NCBI GenBank assembly: GCA_965242695.1
Contig: CBDESU010000002.1
Coordinates: 768,001 to 832,000 of the forward strand
Source: Cenarchaeum sp.
GTDB taxonomy: Archaea > Thermoproteota > Nitrososphaeria > Nitrososphaerales > Nitrosopumilaceae
Length of the DNA stretch: 64,000 nt
Direction of reading: 5' to 3'
Shown: positions 28,848-38,577 of the stretch, piece after piece
Layout of the letters: the number at the start of each line of letters is the position of its first letter
Numbering within the stretch: the first letter of the stretch is position 1
Made by a program: the position numbers and the translations under genes
The notes under the pieces: generated by a model
Seen by the model: the letters and a program-made list of their open reading frames with translations, nothing else
Told to the model about the DNA's origin: nothing
The model's database searches: none

Positions 28848-30154
28848 CCAGCTGTCATCCTGCACTTCGAGGAAAATTCGGGAAAACAGAATATTTTTTG
28901 ACCGTTATGCCGGTAGGCGATCTGGTAAACCGCGTGAAATTTCCTGTTGAGATGCCGGAATGGAAAGAGTATACTATCGAAGAACGCTACCAGCGTAGCC
29001 TTAATATGAAACGCATTATAGAAGAAATGGCCCCGTACTTTGCTCAAGACGATAACCGGTTCACGGGTTCGTTAGTCTTGGCCGTCCAAAATGATGAAAA
29101 CATGGAGTTTGAGCACCTGTCTAAGCTAACGGGAGACTTGGGCGCACTTCCTACCATGTACAAGAGTGCTTCGTCCGAAATGGGGTTTGTTGTCATGTCT
29201 GGGCAAGAAGTACTAGTTCCACTAGATGGGCAGCACCGTGCCAAGGCGTTCAAGATGGCTATTGAAGGCCACGCCCGAAACGATCGTGAACCTCCCGTGA
29301 TACTACCCAACGTAAGTTTTGCTCGCGATATGGTGGCGGTAATACTTGTGCGTTTTGACAAAAAGCTATCACGATACATATTTAACAAGATTAATCGCTA
29401 TGCTAAACCAACCGTCAAGGGGGACAAACTAATCACCGATGACGATGACGCAGTTGCAGTCATGACTCGGGCTCTGATAAGAGACGGTGTGATCCCTGCT
29501 AGGCTAGTCAAGGTTAGCGGTAATACACTCAACCTACGTGCGATCGAATTTACAACACTATCTACTTTCTACGAAGCGAATAAAAAACTCGTCTCAGCAT
29601 TGCCGATTCCTCTTGCGGACAAGCCAGAAAAAATGAATTTAGGTGAACGAGAAAAACGCCTTAAGGAGCTTCAAATTGAGTGGAGGCGTCTATTGTCTGG
29701 TGTCACAGAATGGAAAAGAGCACTTACCGCCTCTGATCAAGGTGGAGACGCGACGCGGATCAAGTTGCGTGAAATTTCCTTGCTTGCCAGGCCCGTTGGG
29801 CAGGCAGCCTTAATTAATGGCTATACATTGGCATGTATGAAAGACAGAACTCGTGCAGACAAAGATGAGCTGGTGGCAAGGATCAATAAGATAGATTGGG
29901 GTGTCAAAGCAGAGCTGTGGAAGGGTTTGCTGGTAGGTCCAAATAACAAAATATTCTCTAGCATGCCTGCAGCTAGGAACGCAGGCTTGATGACTGCACA
30001 CATGATCGGTATCGCATTGACCCGTAAGGAAAAGGAACGCGTCATAAAATTTGTCTACGGTAATGCTTCTATGAACCGCAATTTGCCCAAGCCTATAGCA
30101 CTTTCCCGCTACGAACTAGACGAACATAAGCAACAAGCAAGGGATGGTCTATAA
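28844..30154 (+). CDS. DGQHR-domain (DndB-like, ParB superfamily) protein, island gene 5
   Basis: YQRSLN..RI, VPLDGQHRAKA, IFNKINRYAKP; ATGA overlap. Confidence 0.88.
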   Translation: MTSCHPALRGKFGKTEYFLTVMPVGDLVNRVKFPVEMPEWKEYTIEERYQRSLNMKRIIEEMAPYFAQDDNRFTGSLVLAVQNDENMEFEHLSKLTGDLGALPTMYKSASSEMGFVVMSGQEVLVPLDGQHRAKAFKMAIEGHARNDREPPVILPNVSFARDMVAVILVRFDKKLSRYIFNKINRYAKPTVKGDKLITDDDDAVAVMTRALIRDGVIPARLVKVSGNTLNLRAIEFTTLSTFYEANKKLVSALPIPLADKPEKMNLGEREKRLKELQIEWRRLLSGVTEWKRALTASDQGGDATRIKLREISLLARPVGQAALINGYTLACMKDRTRADKDELVARINKIDWGVKAELWKGLLVGPNNKIFSSMPAARNAGLMTAHMIGIALTRKEKERVIKFVYGNASMNRNLPKPIALSRYELDEHKQQARDGL

Positions 30155-30352
30155 GCGCTGATGCCAGACCCTTGCATTGCCGTTGATAGACCCGCGTCAA
30201 TGCCCGACATTTCGTGGGCGGTGATGTTGATCTAAGCAAGGCACGACTGCGACGTTGTGGCCGCATTATGACTAACCTTTTGTAAACCTGAACCCGAGCT
30301 GTCCCACCCTACGCCCCACAACAGTTATTATCGCACGCGCTCCGTGCCGTGC

Positions 30353-32497
30353 ATGAACATAGCAGGCATCGAGCTGCGCTACCTGACATCCTCGCTCAAT
30401 GAGAAGACCATGGGGTACTACGTGAGCAACATCTACGGCGTCTCGCGGCAGAGCCTCCTGCTCAAGCTGCACCACCCGGACAAGCCCGACATCATGCTCA
30501 TGTTCTCGACCATGGGCCTGTGGGAGAGCGCCGTGCGCATAGGCCAGATCGAGCCGAACAGGCTGCTCGCCCGCCTCCGGCGCGACCTTGCCAGGCTGCG
30601 CGTCGAGGCCGTCGAGCAGCCCGGCACCGAGCGCATGGCGTACGTGCGGTTCGGCGGCTTTGGGCGCGAGCGCGTGCTCGCCGGCGAGTTCTTCGGCGAC
30701 GGCAACATAGTGCTGTGCGACGGCGACATGAAGATACTCGCGTTGCTCCACTCGCTCGAGGTGCGGCATCGAAAGCTCGCAGTAGGACTTGAGTACGTGC
30801 CTCCTCCTCCGAACAGCGCCGACGTCCTTGCAATTACGGGCGGGCAGCTCGGCGAGGCGCTTCGGAGCGCGGGAGGCGCCGGCGGCGGCAGCCGCCTGCA
30901 GGCCGACCGCTGGCTCGGGCGCACCCTGGGCCTGCCGGCCAGGTACGTCGGGCGCATGCTAGAGCTTGCCGAAATAGATCCGGCCGCTCCGTGCTCGGGC
31001 CTGTCGGATGCAAGCCTTGACGCCATAGCAGAATCTGTGCGGAAGATTGCCGGCGACGTTGCCGCCGGCCGCCACGATCCGGCCGTCGTCGCGTCAGGCG
31101 GAACAGGAAGCGGCGGCGCAGAGGTGCACCCCGTCGTGCTGTCCGGCAAGCCGGAGGCTGAAGGTAACCTGCGCACCCCTCTCGGCACGTTTGAGGAGGG
31201 CTTGGATCGCCTGTTTACCGAGCAGATACTAGAGGCCGGCAGGGCCGGCCAGTCTAGCGGCTCGGACTCGCGCATCGGCGAGCTGCGCGCGCAGATCAAG
31301 GACCAGACTGACGCGGCGGCAGCCGTCCGGGAAAGGGCGGCGAGGATATCGTCGCTCGCCGGGGCCCTCCAGGCAACGGCCGCATCGGCCCGGTCCCTGT
31401 CCGATCCCGCCGCCGCGGGCATCCTGGCGGGGCACGGCGCCGAGCGGCTCTCCGACAGGGGCGCCCCCGTCGTACAGGTAGCAGGCGTGCGCATTGCGGT
31501 GGATCCCGCCGCATCGCTGCACTCGACCGCATCGCGCCTGTACGACGAGGCCAAGCGCCAGTCGGCTGCGGCCCCGCGCATCGAGGCGCTGCGCAAAAAG
31601 GCCGAGCGGCGGCTGGCCGAGCTGCAGGACCGCTCAGAGGCCGAGCGCCAGTCCGTCACATTCACCGAGGTCCGCAAGAAGGCGTGGTACGAGAGGTACC
31701 GCTGGTTCTTTACGACCGGCGGCCTGCTCGCCGTAGGCGGCCGCGACTCGTCGTCGAACTCGTCGATCATACGCAAGCACCTCGAGCCCGGAGATGCCGT
31801 GTTCCACGCCGAGGTAGGCGGCTCGCCGTTCTTTGTCCTAAAGGGGGCGCTCGCGCGGGGCCGGCCGGCGCAGCCGCAGCAGCAGGGCCGGAGGCACCAC
31901 CGGGAGGAGCAGGCGCGCGACGCGGCGGCCGCCACAACGGCCGCGGCGGCCGCATCGGCGCAGTCTAGCATCGAGGAGGCGGCCCACGCGACGGTCTGCT
32001 TCAGCAGGGCCTGGCGCGAGGCGATGTACGGGCTGAGCGCGTACTGGGTCGAGCCGGAGCAGGTCAAAAAGTCTGCCCCGTCCGGGCAGTTCCTGCCAAA
32101 GGGGTCGTTTACGATAGAGGGCCGGCGCAACTTTGTGCGAGTGCCCGCGCTGCGCCTCGCCGTCGGGATCGCGCCGGCAGGCGACGGGCGGGGCGGGCCG
32201 GCCCTCGCGTGCGGGCCGCCGCAGGCCGTGCGCGAGTTCTGCACGGCGTACGCGGTTGTAGAGCCTGGCCCATCAAGCGCAAGCGATGCGGCCAAGCGCC
32301 TGCGCGGCGAGCTTGCGCGGCTCGACGAGACGGCCGCCACCGCCCTGCCGCTCGACGAGTACGTGAGGGTGCTGCCTGCCGGCAAGACCCGCGTTGCAAG
32401 GGCCGAGCGGGGGCGGGCAGATGCCGCAGCCGTCGATGCTGTCGACGATGCTGCCGCAGATCCGGACGTCGGCAGCGGCAGCGTGCCGCCCGCGTAG
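30353..32497 (+). CDS. rqcH: Ribosome quality-control NEMF/Rqc2 (NFACT) protein
   Basis: EFFGDGNIVL, WYERYRWF, GGRDSSSN, VFHAE, QVKKSAPSGQFLPKGSF. Confidence 0.9.
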   Translation: MNIAGIELRYLTSSLNEKTMGYYVSNIYGVSRQSLLLKLHHPDKPDIMLMFSTMGLWESAVRIGQIEPNRLLARLRRDLARLRVEAVEQPGTERMAYVRFGGFGRERVLAGEFFGDGNIVLCDGDMKILALLHSLEVRHRKLAVGLEYVPPPPNSADVLAITGGQLGEALRSAGGAGGGSRLQADRWLGRTLGLPARYVGRMLELAEIDPAAPCSGLSDASLDAIAESVRKIAGDVAAGRHDPAVVASGGTGSGGAEVHPVVLSGKPEAEGNLRTPLGTFEEGLDRLFTEQILEAGRAGQSSGSDSRIGELRAQIKDQTDAAAAVRERAARISSLAGALQATAASARSLSDPAAAGILAGHGAERLSDRGAPVVQVAGVRIAVDPAASLHSTASRLYDEAKRQSAAAPRIEALRKKAERRLAELQDRSEAERQSVTFTEVRKKAWYERYRWFFTTGGLLAVGGRDSSSNSSIIRKHLEPGDAVFHAEVGGSPFFVLKGALARGRPAQPQQQGRRHHREEQARDAAAATTAAAAASAQSSIEEAAHATVCFSRAWREAMYGLSAYWVEPEQVKKSAPSGQFLPKGSFTIEGRRNFVRVPALRLAVGIAPAGDGRGGPALACGPPQAVREFCTAYAVVEPGPSSASDAAKRLRGELARLDETAATALPLDEYVRVLPAGKTRVARAERGRADAAAVDAVDDAAADPDVGSGSVPPA

Positions 32498-32552
32498 GGC
32501 GCGCACGCCCGCATTCGGGAAGTTTTTAACGCCCGCGGACAAGCCGCGGCCG

Positions 32553-33095
32553 ATGCAGCGCGGGGCGAGCAAGGACGGCCGCAGCGGGGCCCCCGGCCCG
32601 TTCATGGTCGATGCAATGCTCGGGTCGCTAGCCCGCAAGCTCCGCATGCTCGGCTTTGATGCAGAGTATGCCAGGCAGGGGAATCTTGGGCGCAGCGAGC
32701 TTGCCGCCCTGTCGGCAGAGGGCCGCGTGCTGGTCACCAGGAGCAGGGCCCTTGCAGAGATGGCCCGCGGCGCGGGCGCGCAGGCCGTCGTCCTGCCGCA
32801 TGCCGGCAGTGTAGAGGCCAAGGGCGCCGCGGCATCGGCCGACGAGTCCGACCTGGCCGAGGTGGCCCGGCAGTCCGGCATTGCACAGTTCAGTGTCGAC
32901 CCCGGTCGCTCCCGCTGCGCCGCATGCAACGGCACACTCGCCCGCGTCGAGGGGGATGCCGCCCCGGCGGGGGTACCGCCGCGCGTGGCCGAGGCGTGCA
33001 GCGAGTTTTGGCGGTGCGGCAGCTGCTCAAAGGTGTACTGGGACGGGACGCACATGCGCAGCCTGGCCCTCTTGGCGGCGAGGCTCAATGGCTAG
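32553..33095 (+). CDS. Mut7-C RNase (PIN + Zn ribbon) protein
   Basis: FMVDAMLGSLARKLRMLGFD, RCAACNG, CGSCSKVYWDGTH. Confidence 0.88.
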   Translation: MQRGASKDGRSGAPGPFMVDAMLGSLARKLRMLGFDAEYARQGNLGRSELAALSAEGRVLVTRSRALAEMARGAGAQAVVLPHAGSVEAKGAAASADESDLAEVARQSGIAQFSVDPGRSRCAACNGTLARVEGDAAPAGVPPRVAEACSEFWRCGSCSKVYWDGTHMRSLALLAARLNG

Positions 33096-33726
33096 CGCGG
33101 GCGGGAGCGCCGCAAGCGGCGGCCGCAGGAGGAGGCTGGACGCGTCCGACGGCGAGCGCCTGGTGGGGGCCGCCCGGCGGGCCCTGACAGAGGCCGTCGC
33201 CGGCGGCAGGCCGGGGCCGGATGCCGCGCTCGAGTCCAGGTTTTCGTTCCGCTCGGGCGTGTTCGTCACCCTCACGACCGAAGGCCGGCTCCGCGGGTGC
33301 ATCGGCCACCCCGTCCCGGACATGCGCCTGTGCAATGCCGTAGTCGACTCGGCAGTGTCGGCGGGCACGTCCGACCCGAGGTTCAACCCCGTATCGCCGT
33401 CCGAGCTCGGCAAAATCGCCGTAGAGGTGACCGTCCTGTCCGAGCCCGAGGAGATTCGCGCAAGCCCCGAGGATCGCGTCCGGCACGTGCGGGTCGGCCG
33501 CGACGGCCTGATCGTCCGCTCCGCGCGCGGCTCGGGCCTGCTCCTCCCGCAGGTCGCGACCGAGTACGGATGGGGGCCGCGCGAGTTCCTGGAGCACACG
33601 TGCGAAAAGGCCGGCCTCGGCCGCGACTGCTGGATGGACCCCTCCGTCTCGGTCGAGCGGTTCGAGGGGACTGTATTCGCCGAGGACGGCCCGAACGGGC
33701 CCGTCTCGGAGCGCCCTCCTACGTGA
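33088..33726 (+). CDS. AMMECR1-domain protein (TIGR00296-like)
   Basis: GVFVTL...LRGCIG, DPRF, GLLLPQVA, CEKAG. Confidence 0.92.
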   Translation: MASAGGSAASGGRRRRLDASDGERLVGAARRALTEAVAGGRPGPDAALESRFSFRSGVFVTLTTEGRLRGCIGHPVPDMRLCNAVVDSAVSAGTSDPRFNPVSPSELGKIAVEVTVLSEPEEIRASPEDRVRHVRVGRDGLIVRSARGSGLLLPQVATEYGWGPREFLEHTCEKAGLGRDCWMDPSVSVERFEGTVFAEDGPNGPVSERPPT

Positions 33727-34117
33727 TGCGCCGCAGCGCGCCGCTCCCGGCCGACGCGTCGACCTCGGCCCTGCCCCCGTCCACTAGCAGGCCGTACTCG
33801 GCCCCGCCTGCGACGACAAGCGGGATTCCGGCCACGGCGCACCCCGATGCGACCGTAAGGTCGGCCTCCCTGCAGACCATTGCCGCAGGCGCCGCGCCGC
33901 ACCTGCCGAGCGAGTATATCGTGTACGCGCCGACGCTGCTGCCCGACCCGCGAGGGAACGCGAGCACCGTCCCGGCCACCGACCTGCCGAACAGCGGGTG
34001 CCCCCTGTCGCGCACGACGCCCGTCCCCTTGTCGACTGCGCCGAGAAAGTTGATCGGCTCGGGCGAGAGCGCGACCGTCCCCGTCGCCCTGCCCCGGACG
34101 ATGACCCTCACGCTCAT
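33719..34117 (-). CDS. Aconitase X swivel subunit (DUF126; phosphomevalonate dehydratase small subunit)
   Basis: INFLGAVD..TG, FPRGSGSSVG, APAAMV. Confidence 0.88.
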   Translation of the reverse strand: MSVRVIVRGRATGTVALSPEPINFLGAVDKGTGVVRDRGHPLFGRSVAGTVLAFPRGSGSSVGAYTIYSLGRCGAAPAAMVCREADLTVASGCAVAGIPLVVAGGAEYGLLVDGGRAEVDASAGSGALRRIT

Positions 34118-35316
34118 TCCGTCTCATCCCTTACGATGTCGGCGAGCGGCTTTAGATTCACGCCGACGCCGGTCGCGTTGTTCAGGTAGTAGGCGCCCTT
34201 TATGCTGTTGGTCGTGACCGCGTCGACCTCTAGCCCGCCCCTGCTGCCGCCCCCCTTACCGCAGATCAGCGGCGTGAGGCACGCGCAGCAGTCGTACAGC
34301 ATCTCGCCGCCGGCGCGCGCAATCTCGGCTGCGTGCCCGAGCCGGACGGCATCGGCCTGCGCGGCCCTCGGGCAGAACACCAGGCACCTCTTTGCAAACC
34401 TCCTGCCGCGCAGCATGCCGGCCAGGTCCGCAATCTCGCCGGGGCCGAGCTGCGGGCTGCCGAGCACCACGATATCGCCCGACTCTGCAGTGTCCAGCTC
34501 GCCGCGCACCCCTTCGGCCTCCTTTTTGCCAAAGTCGATCCTCTCGCCCTCCTTTTCGCCCCCGTCCTCGCCCTCGAGCACGAACCTCGCGCACGTGCCG
34601 GACGTGCCCATCCCGCCGCACAGCGACTTGCAGCTGCGCATGTCCGGCCTGTTATGCACCCCCGATATGCCCACCGACGCCCCCCTCACCTGCCTGCCGG
34701 CAAAGAACCCGAGCAGGCCATAGTCCATCTCGGTCGGGCGTTCGATGCCCATCCTCACCGTCGCCTCTGGGGCGGCCGGCTCCTCTTCGCGCAGGTCCGA
34801 CGCGGGGCTCTTGCCGGTGAGCGCGCTTGCAAGCGCGCTGAACGCGCTCTCCTTGTTCGTCCTCATGCCGCCGAGCGAGTTTGCGTATATGGCCGCGTTG
34901 CTCTCGGCAAATGCGACCTGCGCGCCGTCCCCGGCGCCTTGGTAGATCTCGTACGGCACGCACGAGTACGACGGCTCTACGCCCATCGCACGGTACGACC
35001 GCCGTATGCTCTCCTGCCCGGCCAGGAACTCGCCGGGCAGGCCGTACCCGGCCACGCTGTCCGCATCGTACCCCATCGGGTTGAGCGTGGCCCTCACGGC
35101 GACCCTCGCGCCCGTGCCTGCCATCTCTTCTAGGAACTCGCGCCCGGCCTCGCCTATCGTGTTGTAGTTGACGCCCGACAGGTGGGCCCACCGCACCGGG
35201 ACGAGCCGGTCGGCGCCGGCCGCCTCGCCGGTGGCGAGCAGCACGCGGTATGCGGTCTGCATGGCCTCGCCGTCCTCGCCGGCTAGCGCCCTCTCCTCGT
35301 CCCTTGCCAGCTCCAC
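34114..35316 (-). CDS. Aconitase X catalytic subunit (DUF521; phosphomevalonate dehydratase large subunit)
   Basis: AHLSGVNYNTIG, SCVPY, AESNA, RTNKES, LGSPQ, DCCACLTP, TNSIKGAYY. Confidence 0.9.
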   Translation of the reverse strand: MELARDEERALAGEDGEAMQTAYRVLLATGEAAGADRLVPVRWAHLSGVNYNTIGEAGREFLEEMAGTGARVAVRATLNPMGYDADSVAGYGLPGEFLAGQESIRRSYRAMGVEPSYSCVPYEIYQGAGDGAQVAFAESNAAIYANSLGGMRTNKESAFSALASALTGKSPASDLREEEPAAPEATVRMGIERPTEMDYGLLGFFAGRQVRGASVGISGVHNRPDMRSCKSLCGGMGTSGTCARFVLEGEDGGEKEGERIDFGKKEAEGVRGELDTAESGDIVVLGSPQLGPGEIADLAGMLRGRRFAKRCLVFCPRAAQADAVRLGHAAEIARAGGEMLYDCCACLTPLICGKGGGSRGGLEVDAVTTNSIKGAYYLNNATGVGVNLKPLADIVRDETE

Positions 35317-35369
35317 GCGCCTGCGCGCGGCGCGACGGATATAAGCCTGATCTGCGCGCGCCCCGGCGC

Positions 35370-36074
35370 ATGAGGCGGATACTCGACGGCATGATGCGGA
35401 CGATGAACGAGCAGAGGCCGCCGCGCATGACGGCCCTGCGCGAGCTGCACGAGGCCGAGACCGGCGGGCCGTTCAGCATACTGATCGGGACCATACTGTC
35501 GGCGCGCACGCGCGACGAGAACACGACAAAGATCGTAAAGAGGCTGTTCGCAAGGTACCCCGACGCGGCCTCGCTTGCCGGCGCGCGCCTGCGCGACGTA
35601 GAGAGAATCGTAAGGCCGATCGGCTTCTACCACGTAAAGGCGCGGCGCATCATGGAGGTGGCCCGCATAATACGCGACGAGCACGGCGGCACGGTCCCCG
35701 ACGACCTCGAGACGCTCGTCGCGCTGCCCGGCGTGGGCCGCAAGACGGCCAACTGCGTCCTCGTGTACGCCTTTGAAAAGCCGGCCATACCAGTCGACAT
35801 ACACGTGCACCGCATATCGAACCGGCTCGGCCTGGTCGACACGAAGACGCCCGAGCAGACCGAGCAGGCGCTGCTCGCAAGGGTGCCCAAAAAGTACTGG
35901 CTCGAGATAAACGACACGTTCGTCATGTACGGGCAGAACATCTGCAAGCCCGTGTCGCCGATGTGCGGCGTGTGCCGCATACGCGGCAGGTGCGGGTACT
36001 ATGCGGAGCGGGGGGCGGCAGAGGCGGCGGCGGGAAAGGGCGGCCGCGGCCCCGTCTCTTCCCGCGCCGGCTGA
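35370..36074 (+). CDS. nth: Endonuclease III
   Basis: ILSARTRD, LPGVGRKTAN, PVDIHVHRI, C-x6-C-x2-C-x5-C Fe-S motif. Confidence 0.93.
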   Translation: MRRILDGMMRTMNEQRPPRMTALRELHEAETGGPFSILIGTILSARTRDENTTKIVKRLFARYPDAASLAGARLRDVERIVRPIGFYHVKARRIMEVARIIRDEHGGTVPDDLETLVALPGVGRKTANCVLVYAFEKPAIPVDIHVHRISNRLGLVDTKTPEQTEQALLARVPKKYWLEINDTFVMYGQNICKPVSPMCGVCRIRGRCGYYAERGAAEAAAGKGGRGPVSSRAG

Positions 36075-36358
36075 CCGCGCGGCATGCGTTTGCTTTGCTC
36101 GGCCTGGGCCGGCTGTGCCGCGTCCCCTTCGGGCCGGCTGGTCTGGGTCGGTATAGATCCGCCCTCCCCTCCCGCGTTCGCAGCGGACAGCCTGACAGCC
36201 GGCCGGACGGCACGAACGACGGCATGTGCCCGCCCTTCCAAGCTGCCGCCGATGGGGCCTGCTCGCCTGTGCGGCAGGACTTTGAACCTGCCGCCCTCTC
36301 CCGTCTGCCTGCCACTGCGCATACGGAATGCCTGCCTGCTGTTGCCGCCTGCCGCCGC

Positions 36359-36455
36359 AGGGTGGATGCCGCACCTGCCGCCCCCCCTGCTCTCAGCCGA
36401 CACGAGGGCTGCCCGACGTTGGCTTGAGGGTGGATGCCGCACCTGCCGCCCCCCC
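36359..36455 (+). repeat. Two 29-bp direct repeats, 68-bp period
   Basis: agggtggatgccgcacctgccgccccccc at 36359-36387 and 36427-36455. Confidence 0.8.
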
Positions 36456-36552
36456 CCGCTGGCCCGCGTGCCTGCCTTTGTCCACCTCCCCCTGCCCCCG
36501 GCCGCCCGCTGACAACCATGGGCGCCTGCGACGTGCCGCGCCCGTCGGGCGT

Positions 36553-36575
36553 TATAACAACTCGGGGATGTTATA
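36553..36575. promoter_or_regulatory. 23-bp inverted repeat TATAACA-N9-TGTTATA (candidate operator)
   Basis: Upstream of GHKL gene at 36658; same element at 43173-43195. Confidence 0.7.
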
Positions 36576-36657
36576 TCGGCGGCAGGATTCGCGCCCCAGA
36601 TGTTAATTCTGGCAAAAGGCTTTTATTCCAGCCTTAACTTCACGCCTACGAACAGGC

Positions 36658-38577
36658 ATGCTAGTCGACATCACCCCCGACAAGTCGCTCGTCAAAAAGC
36701 TGGGCCTCTCGGGGTACAGGACCGAGCAGGCCTTGGCCGAGCTGGTCGACAACTCCATTGACGCGCGAATCGATGGCGTCAAAGGTACTATTACGGTACG
36801 GCTGGACTTTGATGATCGCAGCCTCGTCGTCTCGGACGACGGCCACGGGATGAACGGCAAGGAGCTCGCCGGCGCCATGGTCATAGCCAAGAGCGACAAG
36901 GATGGCGGCAAGCTCGGCAGGTTCGGCATTGGCCTGAAGGGGGCCTGCACGGCCCTGGGAGATCGCTTTGAGATAGTCACGTCGCCCGTGGGATCGAAAA
37001 AGTGGTACCGCGCCCGGTACAGCGAGTCCGAGTGGATCAGGGACGAGTCAAAGGGGTGGAAGAACTTTGAGATCAAGACGACGGGGCCCGACCGCGGGCA
37101 GGAGGACTGGCACGGCACGCGCGTGACGGTGGACCTGCTGAATGTCCCGCTCTACCCCAACCAGGTCTCGCGGTTCAGGGAGCGGTTCGGCGTGAGGTAC
37201 TCGCCGTACCTTGAAAGCGGGCAGATCGCGATTCGGGTCAACACGGTAGAGTGCAGGCCGTCCGCCCCCGAGCTCGACGATGCGCACGGCTGGTCCAAAG
37301 TAGACATGGATCTGGAGTTTGGCAACCGAGTCCGCGGCCGGCTCGGACTGCTTCGAAAGAGATCGGTAGGCGGCCAGTACGGCATCCACCTCTTCAAGAA
37401 CGGCAGGTTGATACGGGCGTTTGAAAAGTTCGGCTTTTCGGCGCACCCGGAAAACTCGAGGCTGATAGGCGAGCTGCACCTAGACCACGTCCCGGTCAAC
37501 TTCAACAAGAGCAGGTTCATAGAGGAGAGTCGCGAATACCGCAAAACCTTGGACAGGTTCACAAAGTCCCCCGACCTGCGCCGGCTCCTGTCGTCGTCCC
37601 AGTCCAGGGCCCGGGTCCCCGCGCCGGTGGGCTCGCTCATGGACTACTTTAAGGGAAGCGGCCCCGCGCAGCGGCTGGATCGGCGCGTGCGCCAGTCCGA
37701 GGCGGCAAGGCTGCTAGGCGAGGCGGCCGGAAAGTCGTTCACGATAAGCGCCGACGGCGGCGTTCCCGTCCGGATGCGAGCCGGGCCGGCCGAGGGCAAG
37801 CCGCTGTACACGATTGGCACGGGGAACGGCGCAGTATCCATCGACGTCAATACGGGCAGCCCCCTCTTCGGGCTCGTTGGCAACCCCCTGCTACTGCTGG
37901 GCCTGGCCGCCTCCGAAGCCGAGATGGTGTCTAGGAACCCGAAGAGCGCCGCCGCCCTAGTGGAGCGCAACGCAAGGCTGGAGGGCTTTGTGCGCGAGTG
38001 GACGCCCAAGGCGCCACTGGGCCCGCTGCGCGACAGGGAGGCGCCCGTCCCTCGCACCTACGGCTACGGGCTGTACAGCGACATAATAGAGGTCCACGAC
38101 TATCTAAAGGAGAATCTCCCGATGAAGTTCCAGTTTACCGCCCTGTCGACGCTGCGGCCGTACCTGCACAACGTGCTAGGCAGGGCAGTGTACACCGTGC
38201 ACACGATGCCGGGAAGCGGCGAAGATGCGGCGGGGCTCATCATGGACAGGTTCAGCGACGAGATCGTGGCGGCGGACAGGCCCAGCCGCGAGGTGCTCAG
38301 CGCCATGTTCAACAAGGAGCGGACCCGCACCGTGGTGGCGGTTCGGGAGTACATGAACATCCCGGGCCCGTCCGTGGCCCCGCCCGCCAAGGCCTTTGTC
38401 GATCTGATCATCGAAAAAGACGTCCACAAGTCCCTCATACGCGACGACGAGCCGAGGATGGTGCTGTACAGCTTGTTGCGGCACGAGCTGGTCGACCTGG
38501 ATGAGGTGCGCAGGCAGGCCCGCCGCGTAAAGCAGACGAGGCGGCTTGAGCCTATGATCGAGGCTGGTCCCGCATGA
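36658..38577 (+). CDS. MORC-type GHKL ATPase with C-terminal AbiEi-antitoxin-like domain (copy 1)
   Basis: ALAELVDNSIDA, DDGHGM, LGRFGIGLKGA, HGTRV; C-term ...VAPPAKAFVDL resembles the AbiEi C-terminal EKxLVD. Confidence 0.8.
   Translation: MLVDITPDKSLVKKLGLSGYRTEQALAELVDNSIDARIDGVKGTITVRLDFDDRSLVVSDDGHGMNGKELAGAMVIAKSDKDGGKLGRFGIGLKGACTALGDRFEIVTSPVGSKKWYRARYSESEWIRDESKGWKNFEIKTTGPDRGQEDWHGTRVTVDLLNVPLYPNQVSRFRERFGVRYSPYLESGQIAIRVNTVECRPSAPELDDAHGWSKVDMDLEFGNRVRGRLGLLRKRSVGGQYGIHLFKNGRLIRAFEKFGFSAHPENSRLIGELHLDHVPVNFNKSRFIEESREYRKTLDRFTKSPDLRRLLSSSQSRARVPAPVGSLMDYFKGSGPAQRLDRRVRQSEAARLLGEAAGKSFTISADGGVPVRMRAGPAEGKPLYTIGTGNGAVSIDVNTGSPLFGLVGNPLLLLGLAASEAEMVSRNPKSAAALVERNARLEGFVREWTPKAPLGPLRDREAPVPRTYGYGLYSDIIEVHDYLKENLPMKFQFTALSTLRPYLHNVLGRAVYTVHTMPGSGEDAAGLIMDRFSDEIVAADRPSREVLSAMFNKERTRTVVAVREYMNIPGPSVAPPAKAFVDLIIEKDVHKSLIRDDEPRMVLYSLLRHELVDLDEVRRQARRVKQTRRLEPMIEAGPA

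Larger units (their letters stand above)
23800..30330. mobile_element. AT-rich horizontally acquired defence-type island (no integrase or att site seen)
   Basis: Visibly lower GC than flanks; five coupled genes; boundaries approximate. Confidence 0.6.

Noticed and set aside
24161-30154. Canonical dndBCDE or ssp phosphorothioation cluster
   Set aside because: No SMC-like DndD, DndE, SspB/C/E or desulfurase; the PAPS-like domain has SLGAGxQS rather than the DndC SGGKDS motif
30433-32514. 693-aa minus-strand ORF
   Set aside because: Antisense shadow of the NEMF/Rqc2 gene
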